DNA of 63,430 nucleotides, filler included, from Neolecta irregularis DAH-3 (Eukaryota): NCBI GenBank assembly GCA_001929475.1. It is 27 parts of 27 records of this genome, joined end to end, with 100 filler letters (N's around TTAATTAATTAA, not from the genome) between each part and the next. Parts side by side here need not be neighbours in the genome. Positions count along the whole stretch, not along the records: positions 38,577 to 43,848 come from LXFE01001951.1; positions 43,949 to 45,231 come from LXFE01001953.1; positions 45,332 to 46,390 come from LXFE01001971.1; positions 46,491 to 48,301 come from LXFE01001974.1; positions 48,402 to 49,669 come from LXFE01001977.1; positions 49,770 to 51,220 come from LXFE01001978.1; positions 51,321 to 52,593 come from LXFE01001980.1; 20 more parts are not named here. One strand, 5' to 3'. Shown piece by piece: positions 42,158 to 52,693 of this stretch (position 1 is its first letter; each line of letters starts with the position of its first letter). The notes under the pieces were generated by a model. It saw only the letters and a program-made list of their open reading frames with translations, ran no database searches and was not told where the DNA came from. The position numbers and the translations under genes were made by a program.

Positions 42158-43848
42158 CTACAACATATATTGTTCGACATAATTAAGGTGGTGTCTCGAA
42201 GGTAGATACACTTTGTTCCACAACTTGAGAATCCTAGATGTTTCAAGCAATATATCAGAATCCGCATGCCGATAAATATAAATGAGGGCGACACTGAGTG
42301 TTTTTTTCGAGGGGAAACCTTCCTGCTTTGATAATAACCTGAGAGCTTCCATGATAACTTGCACCATCGACAGTTTTCCCGCCAAGTGGAGAAAACAGGC
42401 CCATGCGTTGTTGTTGATAACTAGTGACGGGTACTTTTCGCGTTTCATGAACAAGGTCCTCATTTCTTCAAAAATAAGAGTCGTTTGTATGGGTATTTCG
42501 TCATCTTCTGAATTAAAAGAAGCTGCCGATTTGCAAACACTGAACAATATCGAAGAACTAGGCTCGATTCCATTCGAAAGCATCTTGTCCCACATCAATT
42601 TCATTCGAGCAATCCTTTGGGCACAGTTGCCTCCTGAAGTGTCGGACCATCCTTTGATAACCACTTTCCAGCAATTATAATCAAGGTAAAATGAAGTTCG
42701 AAAAGACGAATATTTCTCAAATGGATGCGTCTCGCTGAGCATAATCTCTGTAGCTTCCACTATAGATCCGTTTTCCACGAGTTGTTCTAAATATGTTTGC
42801 ACCGATTGAACACGGAGAGCAAAGGGGTACGGCAACTGGTCTAGCAAGTTAATGATTTCTTTCGTGTCGCCTTTCACGCCTCTGATGATTTGTTGCATGA
42901 GATATTGGTTAGGTCGGGTCTTGTCCTCCAACATCTTTTTCCAAGCGTTTTTGATTCCCTCGGGGCCAATAACGTTTTCCCGGACAGCTTTATGAAGTAA
43001 TACTCCCCAAGACCATACATCCGGGGTTCCTCCACGTTCTCGAATCTTGCCAAATTCTCGACTCGCTTCAAAAGCGTCGGGTTTCATGGCAACCTGCATC
43101 GCAGACACACTCAAATCGTAGTAACTGAGAGACAGGGGAGACGGACTCGATAGGTCTTGACGATACTGAGAAAAACTGTTTAATGCAGCTACTAATTCTG
43201 TCCTTCGTGCTGGAAGCCCTGCAGCGCACGTTCTTCCAAGCCATTCATTGACGTGATTTGGATTGTGATAAGCATACGGGGTAATCAAACCCTGGAATCC
43301 TTCTCTAATAAGCGGATGTCGTCTCTCCTTCATCCTTTCAAGTAGAAATTCCTGAGATGTCTTGATATATTCGAATTTCTTCCAAAGGTCAGATTTAGAT
43401 ATACCACTTTTGAGACCGATCATATGGATTAGACGATTATACGTTCTGAATTTATGGAGCGATGGATGTGTGTTCTTTTGTTGAATTTGTAGGACATTTT
43501 GCAGGAGGGAGAGGCTATGCGTAGTCATGACCACTTTGACGAGGCGTATAAGAGTGCGGAAAGCGACTTGACCGGCCATGTATTTTATATGGCAATCAAC
43601 GATATGTAGCATGGCTGTGGCTGTTGTCTGGTTATGTCTGTGTGAATTTAAAATGTGAAGGATTAAAAAGGCCGGCCATTTCTGGTCTTTCATGATCTCA
43701 AAGACTCGAGAGAGTTCGCGTCGATAAACGCGGCAACGAGTCCAAATTAATAGGTCGTCAAACGTCCAACCTTGGAACTCGAGGTAGGCAAGGTGATAGG
43801 GATCGACGATATTTCGGAGACTTTGTATGTCGTCAAGGCTAGTACTTT
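42158..43848 (-). CDS. Pentatricopeptide-repeat-like (probably mitochondrial) protein, 5'-truncated
   Basis: PPR-like helices (PDVWSWGVLL, MWDKMLSNGIEPSS). The ORF continues to the gap. Confidence 0.65.
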
Positions 43849-43948
43849 NNNNNNNNNNNNNNNNNNNNNNNNNNNNNNNNNNNNNNNNNNNNTTAATTAA
43901 TTAANNNNNNNNNNNNNNNNNNNNNNNNNNNNNNNNNNNNNNNNNNNN

Positions 43949-44080
43949 TTCAGTGAAAATCGCAAACTTGCAGTGAAAATCTCTGTACTTTCACTGAAAA
44001 TCCCAGAACTTTCAGTGAAAATCCCAACTTTTAGAACTTTTACTGTAAATTCTGGAACTTTCACTGAAAGTTCTGTGTAA
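43949..44080. repeat. Array of CAGTGAAAAT / ACTTTCACTG motifs in mixed orientation
   Basis: About 6 units, same family as 28231-28300. Confidence 0.75.
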
Positions 44081-44289
44081 GTATCTGTCTGCTTGCTCTC
44101 TCACGCCGCCTTGCCTGCTCACTCCCTCGCTCCTTCACTCCCTTTCACCGCCTTGCCCGCTCATTCCCTCCCTCCCTCTCACTTTATCCCGCCACCGCGC
44201 CTCATCTCAGACTCAGCCGCTGAGCCCGGCAAGTTGCCTCTCACCAGCTGCGCGTCTCTGTCACCTCGTCCCCGCCCAGCCGCTGCTCT

Positions 44290-44640
44290 TTGACCTCGCC
44301 GTCGATGGCCCGAGCCACGCCGAGTACCGCCTCCGCTCCCTCGCCGCGGTCGTCCACTGCATCACAGTGCTCTCCTCGGCCACCGCCCGCCACAAGTCTG
44401 TCCGCTCGCTCCTGTTCTACTCGCTCCCCAACATCGACTACCCACTCCCGCCATCCCCCGCGCCCGTCGCCGTCCCCAGCCACTTCCTCGCAAAAAACCT
44501 CGTCCTCCCAGACACCCTGCGGCCCTCCTTTTCCACCTGTGGCGTCGCCCGATCCTACGTCCTCGATTTCCATGTCGGTCTCACCCGCGCATCCTCTCCA
44601 CCAGAGGTCTGCCCCTCTCGCCCCCCCGCCTGACCTCCAG
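44290..44640 (+). pseudogene. GC-rich arrestin-C/Bul1-C-like fragment
   Basis: LVLPDTLRPSFSTCGVARSYVLDFHVGL resembles the PxFxTC..xRxYxL motif of fungal arrestin C-domains. No credible start. Confidence 0.45.
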
Positions 44641-45394
44641 ACCATCTCTGTTTCAATGGACCTCCGCCTCCTCTCTGGAATAACCCCGCCACAGCAGCTC
44701 GTTCCCCTTCGACATCCCTCCCTGCCTCCGCCCGGCCCTCCTTCCCCAATCCTGGCCTTCCTACCGGCCTCACCTGCCCGCCTTTCCAGTCCATCTCGCC
44801 AGCCTCTTCCATCTCACCCTCCTCATGCTCTTCTCGCCCTCCTCTCCAGTCTATCTCTCCTTCCTCTTCCGCCTTTCTCGAGCAGCGGTGCACGACCAGG
44901 GCGAGTAGCTCATCGGCAACCGCAAAGGCGACGCTACGCCAGGCTGCCACCGAAAAGTACAGCCGCGGGTTCGCGGGCAGCGAACGGTGAGCAGCCAGCG
45001 TCCACAGCAGCAGTACGCCCAGCTCCTCGCCTGCAATCGCTGCTGCCTGCAGCTGCCGCTGCTCCCAACGCCGCCGCGTGCAGCCATGCAAGCCCTGGCA
45101 GCGCTTACACCAAAAACCCCAGCGGCGAGCTGTGTGCGCACCCCGTCCCGCCTTGGCCCTCCACCCAAGTCGCAACGGTCGTGCTCTATGTTATCACCGG
45201 CGCAGTCAAGGCCGCCCGCCACCCAGACCGCNNNNNNNNNNNNNNNNNNNNNNNNNNNNNNNNNNNNNNNNNNNNTTAATTAATTAANNNNNNNNNNNNN
45301 NNNNNNNNNNNNNNNNNNNNNNNNNNNNNNNTCGCGGGTAACGTGACACTGTGCGCTGACCACTGTGAACGTTGTGAGTATGCATAGCATACTT

Positions 45395-46326
45395 ACACAT
45401 ACCAACTCGTATGGTATCATTCGGGGTCTCCAGTTTTTTCATCATTTGTGTTTCAGTATTATGGTCTGATCCTCAATCTCCTTGTTCTTGGTCTTCAACG
45501 AGCAAGAGAAATGGCTGGTCCTCCTCAGATACCCAACGACTTTCTACAGTTCAAAGACGTTGTCATGGAAGTTCAACACCCAATTCGACTTTTCAGTTGT
45601 TACATAGATAAATTCCAGTATTCCACATATTTCTCAAATTTATGGCTGATGAAGCGAGAGATTTGATTCAACTCTACTTAACTGAATATCTGGACCCGAA
45701 TTTCAAAGATATTGTCGGCTTTCCCATGAAGAAAAAGGCATGGCCTCGGGATAGCCGAATGAGGTTGATGAAACATGATGTTCATCTTGCAAAAGCTGTG
45801 TTTTGGGATATTAAGAATCGATTACCTCGACGCATTACAACTATTGAATGGGATGAAACCACATTCGTCTCTGTCTATAGTCGAGATAATCCGAACCTTC
45901 TGTTCGATATGTGTGATTTTGAGGTCCGAATACTACCTAAAGCCTGAGCACAAACAGAAGAATTCAGCCAAAAGATGGTGTTTGGAGTCTCACGAATGAA
46001 GAAACAAAGGAACGAACTGCCTCTGCTTTCCTCAGGGTAAGTGAAGACGACCAGATGAAATTTAACAATCACATTCAACAAATTTTGATGTCTTCTTGTT
46101 CAATAACATTCACGAAGATCGTCAACAAATGGAACACTGCACTAATAAATTTATTGACTTATTATCAAGAGGTCATTATTACAACTCCAGAGTTGATTGA
46201 TCTTGTTCGATGGGAAACAAAGGTTCAAACGAGAGTCAAAATTGGTTTGAATTCCAAGGTATCTCTTACTCAGATATGGCCAAATTCTCACACTTGTAGA
46301 TTCCAAGTCGTTTCCCACCAGCCGTA
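45395..46326 (+). pseudogene. PRP8: PRP8 internal (RT-like/U5-binding region) pseudogene fragment
   Basis: [48 protein letters not shown] and RVKIGLNSK, with several frameshifts and a TGA stop. Confidence 0.92.
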
Positions 46327-48401
46327 TGCAAGTACCTAAAGGCTACTCACAAACACAATCGCAAACAGACTCAGCAATATATTTCTAAACNNNNNNNNNN
46401 NNNNNNNNNNNNNNNNNNNNNNNNNNNNNNNNNNTTAATTAATTAANNNNNNNNNNNNNNNNNNNNNNNNNNNNNNNNNNNNNNNNNNNNTCAGCAGTTT
46501 TGACATCATCTGTTTTTGCTCGCTTTCTAGGCAGCTGAGAAGTTGAAGTATGACTCCTGCAAAAATAAGCAGCATCTAGGGAGTAAAAGGCAATACCTTT
46601 TTGGCCTTGACACAGTGATTGGTCGCAAAGCAGGCACAAGGACGTCGGATGCCCATTTTTCTGCATTGTTGCTGTATTTCCAGTTTGTCGCCTTATCTTG
46701 ACTGATTATCTTGAAAAGACCTTCAATAACTTCCTTTGCTTTTTGTTTGAACTTATTGGTGGGCTCTAATGCAGAAAACTAGATTATCAGAAGGGTCATG
46801 GTCATAGACAGTACTATGGGAAACGCCAATGAAAATTCAATGATCTTATAGAGAAAAGCTCGACTCCCTTCTCCCCTGTCATTGCAATGTTCTAAAGGGC
46901 CGTTGTAAGGACATTAGTCCTTACAAGACACACTTGAGAGGAAGTATACAAACTAAAGGGGCAGCGCATGCCTAACCAAGTTCATTTACTCTGGTTAGTT
47001 AGGAAATATAACCGAGGCTTATTCGTACTCCGGAGGAGCGCTTACAGCCGTTCATTCAGATGGAAACGTAACCACTTTTGGGGTGGGGCTTCCACCACTC
47101 GAATTCGAGCAGGACACATCAGGCCCCCATAGATGTCAAGTAAAAATACTGCACAAGAAAATATAGCAAACGGAATTGTTTTCTGTTGCCTCATACCTTT
47201 GGAAATGGACGAAAATAACAGAAAGCTAAAATGACTTTTCCACAACCTTCGAGTCCTTCAAGTGACACTGATTTATTAACAGAAATATTTCTAGCAGAGG
47301 TTCAAGCAGATTTATGTATTTTGGTGACCATCCTCTTGGCTCTTTTTCCTTTTACTACGAACTTTGCATCAGGGAAGAATTTACTTGGGTCTCTCGTAGC
47401 CAAATTCTCAACAGTCTTCATAGACATAGCTATCCCGAGAGCGAGCATAGCTACAAGATAACAGCAGAATATTTGTGCTAAAGATTTATCATCGAAAGGA
47501 CTGAGTCAGAATGGGTGAACGATCATGTATGGAATATAAATGGATGTATACCAAATGATACATCAAGTCTGAGATACTTAGAGATATCGACTGTGAGAAC
47601 TTGCACAGACATGTTTCCATTTTCGTAACTGTGTGGAAATCTGATCAACAGCCTGTCGTTAGCAGGTCTCAGCCGATATCCGTGATCATGGTCCGTGGGA
47701 AGATTTAGACTTGGGACATGACCCTCTTGACGTAATTGATATTATGCCTGCTGGCTTGCTAGTATCTGTTATCAACAAACGAGCCATTAACTTTTCAGAT
47801 CAATCACCAATATTTAACTCAGTCTACAGAAAACACCAACTCATCTATTCTTGAATGTGGGATTCTTTAGAACACGTCATATGTCACCAGTTAATTCTGT
47901 TGTTCGAGATTACAAATCTTAACTTGCATTCGGAACTGCTCATCTCTATTGTCATTATTTATAAATAGCCATTTCATCAGCTGAATGTGATGTCTAAATA
48001 TGTATTGGAATTGTATCACGAAAATTAAATATATGATACACGAAAATGTAAATGATATACGTCTCCCCAGCCAACATATATGCTAAAAACCTTCCGATTC
48101 AGATGGAATCCTTAGGGTTAGGGTAAGTAATGAGATATATGTTGTGAGAATTGTGTCAAGATGATTTGTCTTGGGATCTTAAAGGTGACATCCGGCGTAA
48201 TATCCATAGCTGGAGTCATTTGTGTATTCATCCAGCCTTGAAATAAACAAACGAAATCAATAACAGCACGCCGAAAGTAAGGTATATATCGATAACACGG
48301 CNNNNNNNNNNNNNNNNNNNNNNNNNNNNNNNNNNNNNNNNNNNNTTAATTAATTAANNNNNNNNNNNNNNNNNNNNNNNNNNNNNNNNNNNNNNNNNNN
48401 N

Positions 48402-49301
48402 AGTTATGTATGTGATCTCATCATGGGATGGGCCAGCTGTTATTGTCACATAGTTGCCTGAATCAAACGGAACGACCAATACTCGATGAATGGCAGTTCG
48501 ATCGGGATAATCATCTAGTTCCATGCAATCCTGCAAGGCAAATAAATACTCGCTGGAAGAATAGCGAGTCGTATCGTCGTTTTGAGCATATACCTGGAGA
48601 AAAAGCAATACTAGTTGATAAAAGGAAGTCGAAGATTGGGGTTGATCAGCATTCCATGACTTGAGTGCGGAAATGAGTGACTGCCGAGTAAGAATATCCG
48701 ATTTCGAAGCTGTCATAGTACTTGAGGGTATAGGTCCCATGTTGTCTAAAACGGGTATTTCACAAGCTTGAAGGCAGCGTTCAATAAATTCACCCAAGCG
48801 CAACATTCCTCGGACTGGGAGCGAGCCGCCATATCGATTCTTTGCCATATTTATCCAATCTTCGTTAGGAATTTTGCGATAATATTCAAACAATTCTGAA
48901 ACAGTGGACACATAATCGAATTTTGTGAGACTAGAACATAAGACGACTTTTCAAATCTCAATTTCATACTCATAGAGTGACCGCAACTGATATCGTCGAT
49001 CATTCCTATTACGCATTCTTCCGACTTGTGATGCTGGTTCAATAAAGTAGTAGCATTCGAGTTGATTTTCGACATCTGCCAAAACGAAAGAGCGACAGAA
49101 ATATGGGGCATCCAAGCAACCTGCAGCACAAATTTCTTCGGGAGCTATTGTGGAATCCAAAGTGTTGGAGAGAACAGGCGTATGATCAGCTTCCAAGCCA
49201 AAGTTGAACACAGTAGCCGCAACCTTTTTGAAAGAATCGAGCTTCGGCTTTGCAATGGAAAGCTTTGCGCACAACGCGATGAACATCAAAATCGACAACA
49301 T
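48402..49301 (-). CDS. Secreted PAN/apple-like family member B (3' end in gap)
   Basis: Signal peptide and CAAGCLDAPYFCRSF...CYYF. Phase-2 intron 48931-48969 joins it to ORF 48354-48911. Confidence 0.8.
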
Positions 49302-50089
49302 GGTTTGTGATAAGTAGAAAACAGTTTCACAGCGAATTTCTCTGGTTTAAATATCTTTTTGACGAGACATCATTACGGAAAGGGCAAATGGCTGACGCTT
49401 CCTCAGCATGAATGTCCGAATGTGGGAATGTGATTCTCCAAACGGCCACCACCCGGAAACGGCCACAATATAAATATATAATAAAAGATAAAAATAAACG
49501 TTTTTCTCCACCATCATCTCTTCAAAATGGACAACTGCTATTAAAGATCAATGAGCTCCAGGAAAAGAAGGCAAGGAAAAGGGTATCAAGTGACCCAAAT
49601 ACCTGTTGCAGAGCCGGTGAAATTCTCACAAGTTCTGAACACTTATCCGATCTGTGTCTCACTTTCAACNNNNNNNNNNNNNNNNNNNNNNNNNNNNNNN
49701 NNNNNNNNNNNNNTTAATTAATTAANNNNNNNNNNNNNNNNNNNNNNNNNNNNNNNNNNNNNNNNNNNNTGAAAATGCAATTTGAGGCTTCTTGAGACAT
49801 CCAGAGGCGCTTGGCGTTCCGGTCTCGGTGAAATGTGCACGAAAAGACCAATGGCTGACTCTGTCAACACGAATGCTTCAGAATGCGGACATTGTCGTTA
49901 GAAAATTCAATTTGAGGCTGTCGTAGAAACGTCCTGGTCCGTAAAGTTGTCTGGATTGTTTCAACAGCCTGTCATTAGGACGGCCAAGTTTTTACTTCTT
50001 AGTCTTACTTTTCCCAACTCACTTCCGCTAAAGATTTCTTCAACCTTTGAGACAGCCCCCGATGAACCCCCCGCGCAGTCTCCCTCATC

Positions 50090-50620
50090 CAATATTCGCT
50101 ATAGTTAGATACGCCGCTCAACTAGAGGACCCCTGCAAGAGTGCTCTAGCCCGGTTACGTAAAATCCTGCACAAACTTCCTAATGACATCTCTGAGAGCG
50201 AGATCAAGCATATGGTCATCGATACCGGGCTCAAAATGTTCAGTATTTCCCATACAGATCAGTAATGCACAAGTTCCGGGTGTATAGGGCGGAGAGCGAA
50301 AGCGAGTAAGCATCGCTGAAATGATGGTCTGCCAAGCAATGATCTGTTCTCTGGACAATACTCCCTGTGGACTGGGTATGCATCTTTTGCTATTTTTATA
50401 TCATCGATGCTCCACTGCTCTCGATTATGCCAAATCTTTGCGAATTTTGACCGATTTACATCGACACACCACCGTTGTCTATCTTTATCAAGCTTCGGAA
50501 AAGATTTGCAAACTCTTTGACAAGGTTCTCGTTGTTGACCACGGAATACAAGTCTACTACGGCCCAGCAAATGAAGCAAGAGCTTACTTTGAGGGCCTTG
50601 GATTTGCACCCAACCCTTGA
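50090..50620 (+). pseudogene. PDR-type ABC transporter NBD1 fragment
   Basis: GV*GGERKRVSIAEMM, STALDYAKSLR and LYQASE...LFDKVLV...YYGPANEARAYFEGLGF. In-frame TAG, and abrupt truncation by a C-rich repeat. Confidence 0.85.
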
Positions 50621-51402
50621 CAAAATACCTCACACTAACCTCGCTCTCCCGGCAGCCTCTCTCGCTCACTCACCCGCCCGCGCGCCTGTCTCTCCCGCAA
50701 ATCCCGCGTGCCTGCCGCGCCTGCCTCACACTCCCCTCCTGCCAGCCTTCCCGTCCCGCCCGTCCAGCACGCCTCATGCGACTTGCCCGCCTGTCTCTCC
50801 CGCCTTTTCTATCTCACCCGCCTGTCTATCCCGTCCCCCCACTCCCTTCTCGCTCTCCCGTTTCACCCGCCTGTCCCGGTCCAATCGGTCCAATCAATCC
50901 ACCCTCATGGATTGAATTGATGAATGAAATTTTTTGGATTGATAATCCGATTGATTGATGGACACACTGTCTTGTACTACGCTGAGTATAGATTGGTTCA
51001 GTCTTTACTATCTTAGCCTAGAACGCTAGTGTCATATTACCCCGTCAGTGATAGGTGTACACGTCAACAAGCTTAGATTAAGGAAATATAACCTGATCTT
51101 ATTGTACTCAAGCTGCAACACTCACATCCTCACAATACTCTACATACATAAAAATTGGTATACAAAATTGCAAACAAACATCATCTGGCTCCCATTTCTA
51201 TTCTCAAGTATCATAGCTGGNNNNNNNNNNNNNNNNNNNNNNNNNNNNNNNNNNNNNNNNNNNNTTAATTAATTAANNNNNNNNNNNNNNNNNNNNNNNN
51301 NNNNNNNNNNNNNNNNNNNNTTAGTAAAGATGGTTCAATCTACTTAGAGTGGATGACAGATAACCCTAACCCCTAAGTCACCTTAGTTTCAACATATCCA
51401 AC

Positions 51403-52593
51403 ATGATGTTTCCAAAGGTCTTCTGTTTGATCACGCTTTGTACTCTTACTCGCGCGGTAGCAGATCTCGACAAGTTCAATGAGATTTCGCGTGGGGTTTC
51501 CCAAGTCACTATCCAGGATGAGAAATCATATGATTTCTACACGAATGTGGAGATGGACCAAATAAAAGAAGAATGCGCCCAACGATGCCTGTCGATGTCA
51601 TCCTTTTGCCAATCTTTTACCATTTTTGAATTGTCACAATACGGTTTCATTTGTCGAATGTTTGCCGAGGCAAACTGGATCTCTTATCCTTCTGGTTCCG
51701 AGACTGAAGTGCAGTTATTTGTGTAACAGCTTGCAATAATGATAGGTTTCTGATAACTAGGAAACGTCAGCCAGAACAAGTTGAAGACATTTCTGCAAGG
51801 TTTTCTCACAATGATGAACAGCCTGAAAAAGATTGGGCTAATGAGATTCAAACTAGATATGGGCTAGTGGGAAGATTTCCAGAACAAAATCAGTTAGATC
51901 GAGATGTTCTAAGGGTCTGCAACAAGGCAATTCATGGCGATCCACCAATGTCGGTAATGATTTCACGACAACTTATGGACCTAACCCTAAATTCATGGGC
52001 ACAGCATTCGACTAACTCAGACACCTTTTCGGAAGGGTTTGACACTATTGTATTGACTTTTCTCGAGATATTCAGCAAGAATGCCAAGAAAGATGTAACC
52101 ACTTTTTACGATGCAACCAAGAGGATGCTTTTCATTCAAAGGGAAGACTTTTATCTGCTTATCATTTCACGCCCTCCTGGACATTACGAAATATTACGGT
52201 ACACTAAATCAGGAAACATTTTCATCCAATCTACAATAGCAGCAAGAAACCTTCGAATCGACAATGAACAGAAGAATGATGCTTTGGAGCTATTTAAAAA
52301 CGAAGTGGCTCGTCATGCCCCCCATGCTACGATTCCTCTTAATCCAAATAGGGGTATGCTTCCCCGCAATGCAGATGATGAGCAATCGATTGCAACAACA
52401 GTATTCATCACCGTGGCAGATGCAATTTTTCGGCCTGAAACTCACTTTTCATCTATACAGAGCACCCGGGAGGAAATATTTTATCGCGATATCGTAACAG
52501 CAGTGCTCTCTAGCGTATATGCAAAGATTAAAGCTGGTTTGTTCCACAAGAATATGTTCCGCTCGGCACAAACTGCCCATTTTACTGACACAA
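51403..52593 (+). CDS. Secreted PAN/apple-like family member C (3' end in gap)
   Basis: Signal peptide MFPKVFCLITLCTLTRA and CAQRCLSMSSFCQSF...CRMF. Phase-2 intron 51723-51760 joins it to the frame of ORF 51867. Confidence 0.8.
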
Positions 52594-52693
52594 NNNNNNN
52601 NNNNNNNNNNNNNNNNNNNNNNNNNNNNNNNNNNNNNTTAATTAATTAANNNNNNNNNNNNNNNNNNNNNNNNNNNNNNNNNNNNNNNNNNNN

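Noticed and set aside
44241..45287. Multiple long overlapping ORFs on both strands
   Set aside because: Expected from high GC and low complexity. Only a short arrestin-like stretch has recognisable signal.
45395..46326. PRP8 intein or mobile reverse transcriptase
   Set aside because: Only extein sequence is present. The fragment ends before the usual intein site and has no splicing or endonuclease motifs.
46491..48301. Possible degraded gene on the minus strand
   Set aside because: No recognisable motifs, and stops in all frames.
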